Positions 11,732 through 22,255 of a stretch of DNA of 64,000 bases are shown here, one piece after another. Below the pieces are notes generated by a model. That model was not told the origin of the DNA and did not search any database. It saw only the letters and a program-made list of their open reading frames with translations. A program made the position numbers and the translations under genes. Each line of letters begins with the position of its first letter. The stretch's first letter is position 1. This DNA comes from Cetorhinus maximus (lineage: Eukaryota), in assembly GCF_964194155.1 (NCBI RefSeq), contig NC_135903.1, forward strand, positions 1,488,001 to 1,552,000. Direction: 5' to 3'.

Positions 11732-14618
11732 CAGAATCACAGTGCAGAAGAGGCCCTTCGGCCCATCGAGTCTGCACTGACATGTGAGAAACACCTGGCC
11801 TACCTACCTAATCCCATTTACCAGCACTTGGCTCATAGCCTTGAATGTTATGAAGTGCCAGGTGCTCATCCAGGTACTTTTTAAAGGATGTGAGGCAACC
11901 CGCCTCCACCACCCTCCCAGGCAGTGCATTCCAGACCGTCACCACCCTCTGGGTAAGAAGGTTTTTCCTCACATCCCCCCCTAAACCTCCTGCCCCTCAC
12001 CTTGAACTTATGCCCCCTTGTGACTGACCCTTTAACTAAGGGGAACAGCTGCTCCCTATCCACCCTGTCCATGCCCCTCATAATCTTGTACACCTCGATC
12101 AGGTCGCCCCCTCGATCTTCTCTGCTCCAATGAAAACAACCCAAGTCCATCCAACCTCTCTTCATAACTTAAATGTTTCATCCCAGGCAACATCCTGGTG
12201 AATCTCCTCTGCACCCCCTCCAATGCAATCACATCCTTCCTATAATGTGGTGACCAGAACTGCACACTACTCCAGCTGTGGCCTCACCAAGGTTCTATAC
12301 AACTCCAACATGACCTCCCTACTTTTGTAATCTATGCCTCGATTGTTAAAGGCAAGTGTCCCATATGCCTTTTTCACCACCCCACTAACATACCCCTCTG
12401 CCTTCAGAGATCTATGGACACACACGCCAAGGTCCCTTTGTTCCTCAGGCCTTCCTAGTGTCATGCTGTTCAATGAATACTTCCTTGTCAAATTACTCCT
12501 TCCAAAGTGTATCACCTCACACTTTTCAGGGTTAAATTCCATCTGCCACTTATCTGCCCATTTGACCATCCTGTCTATATCTTCCTGTAGCCCAAGACAC
12601 TCATCTCACTGTTTACCACCTGGCCAATCTTTGTGTCATCCACAAACTTACTAATCCTCCCCCCGACATAGTCATCTATGTCGTTTATATAAATGATAAA
12701 TAATAGGGGATCGAGCACAGATCCCTGTGGTACGGCACTGGACACTGGCTTCCAGTCACTAAAGCTTCCTTCTGTCATCACCCTCTGCCTCCTATAACTA
12801 AGCCAATTTTGAATCCACCTTATCAAATTACCCTGTATCCCATGTGCATTTGCCTTCTTTATAAGTCTCCCATGTGGGACCTTGTCAAAGGCTTTGCTGA
12901 AATCCATATAAACTACATCAACTACACTACCCTCATCTACACACCTGGTCACCTCCTCAAAAAATTCAATCAAATTTGTTAGGCATGACCTCCCTCTGAC
13001 AAAGCCATGCTGACTATCCCTGATCAAACCTTGCCTCTCCAAGTGGAGATGGATACTCTCCTTCAGAACTTCCTCCAATAGTTTCCCTACCACTGACGTG
13101 AGACTCACTGGCCTGTAGTTCCCTGGCTTATCTGTACAACCCTTCTTAGATAGCGGAACCACATTAGCTGTTCTCCAGTCCTCTAGCACCTCCCCCGTGG
13201 CCAGAGAGGAATTAAAAATTTGGGTCAGAGCCCCTGTGATGATCTCCCATGCCTCCCTCAGCAGTCTGGGACACAAATCATTTGGACCTGGAGATTTGTC
13301 CACTTTTAAGTCTGCCAACACCTCCAATACCTTGTCACTCCCTATATCAACTTGCTCAAGAACTTTGCAGTCTCTCTCCCCGAGATCGATACCTTCATCC
13401 TCATTCTCTTGGGTGAAGACGGATGTGAAGTATTCATTCAACACTCTACCGATGTCCTCTGGCTCCACCCATAGATTGCCCCCCTTGGTCCCTTATGGGC
13501 CCTACTCTTTCCCTGGTTATCCTCTTCCCACTGATATACTTATAGAATATCTTGGGATTTTCCCTACTTTTACCAGCCAGAACTTTCTCATAACCCCTCT
13601 TTGCTCTCCTAATTGTTTTCTTAGGCTCCACCCTGCACTGTCTGTACTCCACTAATGCCTCCGCTGATTTGCTCCCCTTGTACCTGCTGAAAGCCTCTTT
13701 TTTCTTTCTCATCGTATCCTGAATATCTCTGGTCATCCATGGTTCTCTGGGCTTGTTACTCCTTCCTATCACCCTAGAGGGAACATGTTGAGTCTGTACC
13801 CTCCCCATTGCCTTTCTGAACACCCCCCACTGTTCCTCTGTAGATTTCCCCACAAGTAGCTGTTCCCAGTCTACCTTGGCCAAATCCTGCCTTATTTTAC
13901 TAAAATCCACTCTCCCCCAATCCAAAACATTTTTTTGCAACTTGTTGATTTCTTTGTCCATAAGAAACTTAAACTGTACCATGTTGTGGTCGCTATCGCT
14001 AAAATGCTCGCCCACCACCACCTCAGCCACCTGTCCGGCTTCATTCCCCAGAATTAGGTCCAGCAATGTGCCATCCCTTATTGGACCCTCTATATATTGA
14101 CCTAAAAAGTTCTCCTGTACACATTTCAAGAAATCCACTCCATCCAAGCCCTTAACACTATGTCTATCCCAATTAATGTTGGGAAAGTTGAAATCACCTA
14201 ATATAATTACCCTATTGTTATTGTTTTTACACACCTCCGCAAATTGTGCACATATTTGCTCCTCAATTTCCTGCTGACTATCTGGGGGTCGATAATAAAC
14301 ACCTAACAATGTGGTTGCCCCTTTTTTATTCCTAAGTTCTACCCACAAAGCTTCATTTGATGCCCCCTCCAAGATATCATCTCTCCTTACTGCAGTAACT
14401 GACTCCTTAACTAATAATGCAACGTCTCCTCCTCTTTTACCCCCTCCCCTGTCTCGCCTGAAGATTCTATATCCCGGAATGTTGAGCTGCCAATCCTGCC
14501 CTTCCATCAACCACGTCTCAGTGATGGCTACGATATCACAATTCCACATGTCAATCCTCACCCTTAACTCATCCGTTTTACCTGTAATACTCCTGGCATT
14601 AAAGTAAAGGCCATCCTT
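11732..14618 (-). mobile_element. CR1 LINE with near-complete but frameshifted ORF2 (APE endonuclease + reverse transcriptase), 5'-truncated
   Basis: ORFs 13446-14561 (ITETW, YYRPP, LGDFN, SDHN), 12575-13468 (NYRPVSL, DFSKAFD, PQGSVL, KFVDD), 12267-12569 and 12056-12265; ctgtgattctgtg 3' tail; 7-bp TSD CAGTTCA at 11725-11731 and 14619-14625. Confidence 0.95.
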
Positions 14619-15105
14619 CAGTTCAGAGAAGATTGAGGATAATTATTGGGATGAAAGGATGACCCCTGTAGAAAAGCTGAGCAGGTTGGACCTTTCCTCA
14701 TTCGAAAAATAAGAGGTGATCTAATTGAAACATATAAGATTCAGAGGGGACTTGACAGGGTGGATGTGGAGAAGATGTTTCCTCTTGTGGAGGGATCTGG
14801 AACTAGGGGGACAGTTTAAAAATAAGGGGTTTCCATTTAAGATGAAGTTGAGGAATTCCTTTGCTCAGAGGGTCACTAGACTTTGGAATCCTCTTCCTTA
14901 GACAACAGTTGAGGCTGGGTCATTGAATATATTCAAGGCTGAGTCAGACAGATTGTTAATCGACAAGGGAGTCAAGGATTATGGTGTTGTGTGTAGGAGG
15001 GGTGGTGGGTGCAGGTAGGAAAACTGAGTTAAGTCACAATTAGATCAAGCACAATCTTATTAAAGTAGGCTTGAAGGGCCCAATCCCTTTCTTATGAACT
15101 TACTT
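14619..15105 (+). mobile_element. Older CR1 fragment, right part with 3' tail
   Basis: Degenerate RGDLIETYKI..DRVDVEKMFPLV..GTRG; similar to the CR1 at 62541-63449. Confidence 0.8.
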
Positions 15106-15229
15106 ATTTGAAGGAATCTAATTCCTGTTGCACATCAAATACGAAGATGGGACACAGAGTAAATTTATTTTCTGTTGTATTTAGTGACATATTTGGCAAT
15201 ATAATGAGTAAATCAAACTTGATTCCTTT

Positions 15230-15630
15230 ATTGGCCCACATTGGTTCTCAGTCCGTCAATGCTTCAATTTTAAAATTCTCATCCACTTTTTCAAATCCCT
15301 CCATCGTCATGTCCCTTCCTATCTCTGTAACCTCTTCACACTCCACAACTCCATGCTCCTCCAGTCTAAGCCTCTTGCAAATTCCTGATTTTAATCACTC
15401 CACCATCGGCAGCAGTGCCTTCAGCTGCCCGGGAACTAATGTCCAGAATTTCCTCCCCTCTCTCTACCTCTCCCTTCCTTAAAATGCTGCTAAAAACATG
15501 CCTCTATGACCAAGCTTTTGGCCACTTGTCCGAATATCCCCTTAAGACACTGTCAAATTTTGTTTGATAATGAGCCTGTAAAGTGCCTTGGGATGTTTTA
15601 CTACATTAAAGTCACTATCTAAATTCAAGT
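15230..15630 (+). mobile_element. L2-like LINE 3' fragment
   Basis: Degenerate ..FKILI.LFKSL..STIGSSAFS..; gtaaagtgccttgggatgttttactacattaaag..aaattcaagtt L2-type tail. Confidence 0.6.
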
Positions 15631-15860
15631 TAAATAATTTCTGTCTCTCTCTCTTCCTTTTTGTTACTTGCCTGTTCTGTTTTGCCCCTCGTGCCAGTAT
15701 TTAAGAAGCAACTTACTGCAAAGATAAAACTGTACATTCCAAGATATAGAACAATGAAGCAAATAACTAGGAATATCAAATTCAATCTATTTGTCATCCA
15801 CACATAATTAGATTTTTATGCAACATTTACTCAGATTTAGGACTGTGGACTCGATCAGTT

Positions 15861-16469
15861 CTAATTGCCACTTTCCATTTCTCCTGTTCCTATCATTAAC
15901 TTTAACATTGCAGTCATTCTGTTCTCAGTGCCAACTTCTGGCTGGGCAGTAGCTGTTGTATCAGAGGTGACGTTAATAGGGACAGTTCGTTCATTCACAG
16001 CTGGAGTGCCAGGCATGAGGCTTGAACATTTAACCGACCATCCTGTAACAATTAAGAGCTTCAGCATTGACATCTTCTGGCAGCTGAAATTCTCTCCTGA
16101 AATCTTCATACTTGTAGCTGGAAGAGCCGCTGCCATCATCACTTTTCTTCTCGTGTTTTCCTGTCACCAGCACTTTTCTTCCAAGTACTTTCACATTCAG
16201 TTCTTCTGGGGAGAATCGCTGGACATCCAGGGACAGGGAAAAGCCATTTCCCTCCTTGTCCTCTGATTGTCTTTTACCTTCTTCATTCTTCATTGTCTGT
16301 TGTCCTGATTTCTTGGTCTCTGCTCCAACAATGTTTTTTAAGACCACCTCATTCTGTTCTCCGCTTCCACTATTTGTTTCTGCGTGTTGTGCTAAAACTG
16401 TTTAAAGGCTATTAGTGCTCCAGGATGCTGGTGTAGGCATCAGGAAGTGGAATCCTGACCACTCAGCAT
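15861..16469 (-). pseudogene. Inverted hsp30/HSPB9-like pseudogene
   Basis: ATG CTG AGT at 16469 (homologous to array MLS) hits TGA at codon 10; alpha-crystallin segment FSLSLDVQRFSPEEL..FRREFQLPEDV intact; ~7-bp deletion near 16048 and a 1-bp deletion near 16006 shift the frame; diverged C-terminus ends ESGN*. Confidence 0.88.
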
Positions 16470-16689
16470 TTTTCTTTGCCTTTAATAATTCTTATCAGTT
16501 CTCAGAAAACCTTGGCTGATGGAGCCTCCCAATTTTCAGTCTCCAAGCATCCAGAACACATGTCTTAAACAGCCTACTCTGAGAAGTCTTCAACCTTGCA
16601 GATTAACTGAAGTTTGACACGCGTGAGATGTGAACAGTCATTTATTATAATACTTCAGTCTTGCATTAAACAGGAATTACTACTGCCAG

Positions 16690-16966
16690 CGTTCGAGTCC
16701 CACCCCAAGACTTGATGATCAAGGAAGGTACATTCATAACATGGTCAAACAGGTTGACTATTAGCCTGCAAATGCTTCCAACACATGCCAATCACAGATG
16801 GCATGAGTGGGAAGATTCCTGGTTAGTCATGTGATGGAAAGAAAGCTGGAGCCTCTACCATCACCATCCAAAGCTCCAGACTACAACATGGATGTAAAAA
16901 GTGCATGTTGCCACAGCAACTCAGACTCCCTGAGTGACCTGTAACACAGCATCACCACCACTACTG
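16690..16966 (+). mobile_element. 5'-truncated SINE-like insertion in the pseudogene promoter
   Basis: Starts with B-box GTTCGAGTCC, ends in a cac/tac triplet tail; flanked by CTGCCAG at 16683-16689 and 16967-16973. Confidence 0.55.
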
Positions 16967-16988
16967 CTGCCAGTGACAAGCCGGCACA

Positions 16989-17003
16989 ATTCTGGAATGT
17001 TCT
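16989..17003. promoter_or_regulatory. Perfect three-unit heat shock element upstream of the pseudogene
   Basis: aTTCtgGAAtgTTCt, i.e. alternating nGAAn units. Confidence 0.65.
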
Positions 17004-17659
17004 AACTCAGTGACATCGTAAGTAGGAGGAGCTTGTCTGGAACACTTTCTCTGAAGATACTTTTGAACCTTACAAATGTACTGGACCCTCATAAGTCAAA
17101 ATATAAAAATCAGTTTATGTTTTAATTTCCACTGTCTGTGAATCTCAGTAAAAAAAATGGAGAGTGGGCCAAACAGGAAATGAGGTCATTCGTGACCGAT
17201 TCATGGTTGTCCTTTCACATCAGGAAATTTCAGTGCAGTTCGATTGTTTTTCTTTTCAAAGTTAAACAGTTAAAATTCAATTTACTGCTTTAGTACAGAA
17301 GATCAGGTGCACAGGTTGGAAATTAGTTAAGAATTCCACACACAGAGGACAGTTAAATCATTGATTTAAAAACTTAATTTTTTGGCCATGTTTTTAGGAA
17401 AATAAATATTTATTTCTTTAACACTTTTTGCAGAAAATTAAGACCTTGGGACAGTTTTAAATTGAATAAGGAAAGCAAAATATATTAGCAAGTATTTTAA
17501 TGTTTTGGATAAAATGAATACATCAGGTAATTCACATTAAACCCGGACACCAACAAAGCATTCCACCCAATAATGGTCCTCTTTACATTAGGGTACAAGT
17601 GTTGGTATGCCAATGACACTGCTTAATTAAATCTTTAGGCTCTTCCTGGAGCTCAGAGG

Positions 17660-17770
17660 TTATCATCAGAACTGATGAAGAGTCATACGGACTCGAAACG
17701 TTAACTGTATTCATCTCCGCAGATGCTGTCAGACCTGCTGAGTTTTTCCAGCTATTTTTATTTTTGTTAA
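17660..17770 (+). mobile_element. Short Penelope-like 3' end fragment
   Basis: gatgctgtcagacctgctgagtttttccagc end shared with the PLE copies at 19.2-19.7 kb and in the array spacers. Confidence 0.75.
17668..17706 (+). ncRNA. Minimal type I hammerhead-ribozyme-like motif
   Basis: CTGATGA-A-GAGTC(atacg)GACTC-GAAA-CG-TT: intact core, 5-bp helix II, palindromic ACGT helix III; helix I disrupted. Confidence 0.5.
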
Positions 17771-18329
17771 ATATTTGCAAACTGTCTTATTTCTGCTAAC
17801 AGAATAGTGCAAAAAAATTGGCTGTGGCAAGCCAATATGCTGTGCCCAAGCAGACACGTGTCCTTGTCTGTTTAATGTTGATACTTTGCCCTGCAAGTTG
17901 CTGGAAATGACAGCTGCTGTCCCTGTGAACAGGGTAAGAAGCACTTGGGTATCTCCTTAAACCAATCAGATTTAAAGATTCTGAAATTATTAGAAGGAGG
18001 ACTGGCATGAAGTGTAATGTAGAGAGGTGAATTCAAGATCAAATCAGTTATAGGACGAGGAATATAAAAAAGGGGAAAAAGACTGGATTAAGAGAGAAAA
18101 AAAAAGAGGGGAAAAATTGAAAGTTTTAAAACTCCAACAACAATTAACACCTGAAGTAATATGATTTGAAACTTATACATAGATCATGGTGTGCGCTATT
18201 AGCTCGTTGTTACTTAGACAACAGTATTTGATCCATTAATGTATGTTGAATGTGCTGCCCAGTTTAATACAAGCAGAGGAATACTGTACAGTACGTGCTT
18301 ACCTATTGACCATATGTCTGCTGCTCTTT

Positions 18330-18344
18330 CCAGTAGGTGGCAGC
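18330..18344 (+). promoter_or_regulatory. CTCF consensus site
   Basis: CCAGTAGGTGGCAGC matches CCASYAGRKGGCRS at every position. Confidence 0.5.
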
Positions 18345-19165
18345 GTTCCATACATTAATGATTAACCAGGAAATTAGCTGAGATGGTGATTTCTTTAATC
18401 TGTAAGTGTGCTCTGATTCTGCACAGCACAGCACCCCACATCCACCACATTAATTCCCTTTATTATGTTGAAATAATTTTGAAGGGGAAATATATTGAGT
18501 CATCATTTACAGCTAGGATCCAAGTGATCCCCTTCACTGTTGTCTTTTTTTCTGTTTCCTTTCTACAATCTTACAATCTCTAATATATTTCAATGTCTTG
18601 TGTATAGTGCAAAGTTCCTTAGCAATAGCTATCCCATCACACTTAGCTAATAAATACAGTTTTCCCAACTCAGCAATGCCACAGGTGAGATGGCAGTCTT
18701 TTCCGGAATGTAGTAACAGTAAGTGATTATTATGCTGTTTCCACTGTGCAAAACACACTTTAAAGTTTGCAAATTATACAAAAGTCAAAATTAATTGACT
18801 GTGCGCACAGGTTGGGCTATTAACACAGGAAAAGAGTCCAGAGTATTGACAGAAGATTGTAGAACTGGTGAATAATGGGCCATTTGTAACAACATATTGC
18901 AGGAAATACATACACAAAACAATGGAATTAATGGCTCAGTGTGTGATAGTACCAGAAATTTATATATTCCACATCAAACTGGCCTGAATGTCATTTTCTT
19001 ATCAATCTATTCTGCTGCTGCACAATAATACAAGAATCTCTCTCCATGACAGTAACTGCACAAAAAACATTTAGAAAATGAAGTTCTTAATATGAACACC
19101 TTATATTTGAGATTAGATAAGTAAAATGCTTCTGCTACTTTAAAAAAACACTTTATGACACCAAG

Positions 19166-19695
19166 ATAAAAGCAAAAAGCTGTGGATGCTAGAAATCCAA
19201 AACAAAAATAAAAATAAAAATAGCTGGAAAAACTCAGCAGGTCTGGCAGCATCTGCGGAGAGGAACACAGTTAACATTTCAAGTCCATATGACTCTTCAA
19301 CAGAACTAAGGAAAAATTGAAAAGAGGTGAAAGATAAGCTGGTTTAAGGGGGGGTGAGACAAGTAGAGCTGGATAGAGGGCCAGTAATTAATTTAATTAG
19401 CACATTCATTAGATAATATCACCATCTTCAACACCTCTTTGTCCTTTTGTCTATGACATCTTTTGGTTATCTCCACCTATCACTGGCCCTCTATCCAGGT
19501 CTACCTGTCCCACCCCCCCTTAAACCAGCTTATATTTCACCTCTTTTCTATTATTCCTTAGTTCTGTTGAAGAGGCATACGGACTTGAAACGTTAACTGT
19601 CCATCTCTCTGCAGATGCTGTCAGACCTGCTGAGTTTTTCCAGGTATTTTTATTTTTGTTTTGGATTTCCAGTATCGGCAGTTTTTTGCTTTTAT
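19166..19695. mobile_element. Fold-back Penelope-like insertion (inverted 3'-end pair)
   Basis: 19166-19385 is an imperfect reverse complement of 19482-19695; same family as the spacer PLE; abuts the first hsp30 promoter. Confidence 0.85.
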
Positions 19696-19727
19696 ATTAA
19701 CATTGCTCTCTATTCCCTCACTGGCTG

Positions 19728-19900
19728 AGTACATTCCAGAAGTCTCTGGAACGGCTCCAGTGGGTGTCACTGAGTCGAGTCATTCTTGTTTAAAGCAAGG
19801 CTGGGATGAGATGTCATTTATTTGCAGCTCACATGTCATAAACCCAGCAAAGTTGAGTTCATTCTGGAAATGTCTGGGTTTCTGGGAGTAGAATATATAA
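19728..19900 (+). promoter_or_regulatory. hsp30 copy 1 promoter: distal HSE, proximal HSE, TATA box
   Basis: aTTCcaGAAgtCTCtgGAAc at 19733-19752; aTTCtgGAAa at 19861; TATATAA at 19894-19900, 100 bp before the ATG. Confidence 0.85.
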
Positions 19901-19993
19901 GGCGTGTGTTCTGAGTGCTGCAGCAGATCAGAGACTGAAGACTGGGAGTTCACATCAGTCGGTTTGAGAGAAGTGAGAGAAGAGGCAGAGACA

Positions 19994-20656
19994 ATGCTGA
20001 GCTGTCGGGCTTTCCACCCTTCACGTCTGTGCCAGCAGCCAGTGTACACATTGTGGCCTGTTCCACACAGGGTCTGGGAGCCGCTTGAATGCAACACGTG
20101 GAAACAGGTAGAAGAAGTGAGAAAGAGCATGAACTTCATGGAGCGAGTTCTTGAGGAGCTGGCAAAAGCATTTTGGGAGGAAAAACCAAGAAATCAGGAC
20201 AACAGACCTGATGATAATGAAGAAGGTAAAAGACAATCAGAGGACAAGGAGGGAGATGGCTTTTCTCTGTCCCTGGATGTCCAGCGATTCTCTCCAGAAG
20301 AACTGAAGGTGAAAGTACTTGGAAGAAAAGTGCTGGTGACAGGAAAACACGAGAAGAAAAGTGATGATGGCAGCGGCTCTTCCAGCTACAAATATGAAGA
20401 GTTCAGGAGAGAATTTCAGCTGCCAGAAGATGTCGATGCTGAAGCTCTTAACTGCTGTTTGTCACAGGATGGTCGGTTAAAGGTTCAAGCCCCACGCCTG
20501 GCACTGCCAGCTGTGAATGAACGAACCGTGCCCGTCAACATCACCTCGGATACAACAACCAGTCCCCGGCTAAATCCTGGCCAAGAGGCACCGAAACTGG
20601 AGAGTGGGAAGGGTGAGAGGAACAAGGAAGAGCAGGAAGTAAAAATGGACAATTAA
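19994..20656 (+). CDS. HSP30: Small heat shock protein hsp30/HSPB9-like, copy 1 (220 aa, intronless)
   Basis: ATG in acaATGc context (the ORF-track GTG start is too close to the TATA box); alpha-crystallin domain FSLSLDVQRFSPEEL..GKHEKK..FRREFQLP..LSQDGRLKVQAP; VPV motif; next to RAB5C as HSPB9 is in other vertebrates. Confidence 0.93.
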   Translation: MLSCRAFHPSRLCQQPVYTLWPVPHRVWEPLECNTWKQVEEVRKSMNFMERVLEELAKAFWEEKPRNQDNRPDDNEEGKRQSEDKEGDGFSLSLDVQRFSPEELKVKVLGRKVLVTGKHEKKSDDGSGSSSYKYEEFRREFQLPEDVDAEALNCCLSQDGRLKVQAPRLALPAVNERTVPVNITSDTTTSPRLNPGQEAPKLESGKGERNKEEQEVKMDN

Positions 20657-20833
20657 ACCTCATTTACAGTTAACTTTTGTACGACGTAAGAGTGGTTTAT
20701 TTGCAGAAATGAGTTTCTGAGACTATGATATGAAGGCATTATGTTGAAAATTAATTGTTTTCATCTTGTATGTTTGAACTGTGTTGTTAGCCGCGTTCAT
20801 GTGGATTATTTTTATATATATTTATTTTGGAAC

Positions 20834-20839
20834 AATAAA
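20834..20839 (+). terminator. hsp30 polyadenylation signal (repeated after most copies, e.g. 23980-23985)
   Basis: AATAAA about 180 nt after the stop, preceded by a TA-rich element. Confidence 0.7.
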
Positions 20840-20942
20840 TACTTTTGAAAAAAATGATGATTTCGCTTTTTCACTTCATAAAAAATTAAACTGAAAAACT
20901 AGACACTTACTTCCTTTACACTCAGTAAAAAAAAACCACATT

Positions 20943-21515
20943 GGCCAGAATTTTACGCTCCTCCATGCCCAGCGGGAGCTGAGACGGTGTGGGGGGTGGG
21001 TGGGGGGGGTGTGGGGGTGGGGGGGGAGCGTGTAATTGGATGGACGGATTCCCTCGGGTCCTGCCTGCCCTGACCTTTCACTGATTTTATGCTGGGTCGG
21101 GCATGGGTTCAGAGTGGAAGCCTGGTCTTACCCCAGCTAAGGCCCTTAATGCCAGTTCAGGGCCGTTTCTTGCCAACCTCAATCTTTAGGCTGGTGCGCT
21201 GATGACAGCTCAGGTGGGAAAATCCATGAAAGAAGAGATTTTGATCTCGGGTGGGAAGGGGGCTGGTGGGTGACTCACATCAGAAGTCCCCTTCTGACTG
21301 GAGGTGCCCTCTCCTGTTGGCCTGGTGCCCTCTGGACATCCCTCCCCTGCCGGCCTATCGTCCGAGATCCCGATCCCCCCCATCGTGATTCCCGAGGCCT
21401 CCCCTACCTTCCCCACCCGGACCCCTGACGCCTTTTGCTCCACTTCCAGGGTCTTAGTCCCAGAAATCGTCGTGCAGTTAGTGCGCCTTTCCCTGTCATC
21501 CCAAAAATTCAGGGC
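20943..21515. mobile_element. GC-rich MITE (PIF/Harbinger-like)
   Basis: Imperfect TIRs GGCCAGAATTTT / AAAATTCAGGGC; 3-bp ATT duplication; empty site in the 3.75-kb spacers (~24100). Confidence 0.65.
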
Positions 21516-21852
21516 ATTTTAACTAGAATTAATTTAAAACCCAGAGAAAGAATTCTCTATGTCAAGATCTGTCTGAAATTGAACTCAGTTCGTTAAAAAA
21601 TATGTCAACTTATTGCACAGACCCAGTGCACCAAATCTCTGTATTACTCTGCAGCCTGACAATGAGCAGCAACAACAGCTTATCTTCCAACACAGACACC
21701 AGACTGGACACCACTCAATTACTGATGGTGGAATCCTCTTTCATTGGGGTTATCTATTCAATATGAATAACTGGGAGGAAAAGTAAAGTTAGTTGCATTG
21801 TAAGCAACTTGTATAAAGTTTCAGTGAAATAATATTACTGATTCTGTCCCCT

Positions 21853-22255
21853 GAACATAAGAACATAAAGAATAGGAACAGGCGTAGGCCATTCTGCCCC
21901 TTGATCCCCTCCTTCACCATTCAGTTAGATCATGACTGATCTGATTGTGGCCTTACCTCCATTTTCCTGTCTGTCCCCCCATAACACTTGGATTCATTGT
22001 CAATCAAACATCTGTCAAACAGCTGTGAATATATTCAATGGCCCAGCCTGACACTGCTCACTGGGGAAGAAAAGTGAGAACACTGGCGACCCTCTGAGAG
22101 AAGAAATTTCTCCTCATCTTCATTTAAATGCCACAGCTCTTATTTTTAAACTGCCACCTAGTTCCTGATTCCCCCTGAGGGCGATCATCCTCTCACCAGC
22201 TACCCTGTCAAACCCCAAAGAATCTTACACATTTCAATAAGGGATCTGTATCTCC
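21853..22255 (-). mobile_element. CR1 3' fragment, present in every array spacer
   Basis: gaacataagaacata..gtaggccattc inverted CR1 tail; homologues at ~24438-24835, in each later unit and at ~61310-61700. Confidence 0.75.

Noticed and set aside
11732-14618. Active autonomous LINE
   Set aside because: No ORF1 or 5' UTR, and ORF2 is split by frameshifts and a stop
16641-16652. TATA-like tattataataaa upstream of the pseudogene
   Set aside because: Alignment to the array promoter places the homologous TATA at 16565-16571, where it is degenerate
19904-19993. 30-codon N-terminal extension (MCSECC...) in the ORF track for every hsp30 copy
   Set aside because: Starts at a GTG 4 bp after the TATA box, upstream of the expected transcription start; the real start is the acaATG 90 nt later
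19780-20139. Recurrent antisense 119-aa ORF (MKFMLFL...) and 71-aa ORF over each gene
   Set aside because: Shadows of the hsp30 gene and promoter; recurrence reflects DNA identity between copies, with no domain similarity
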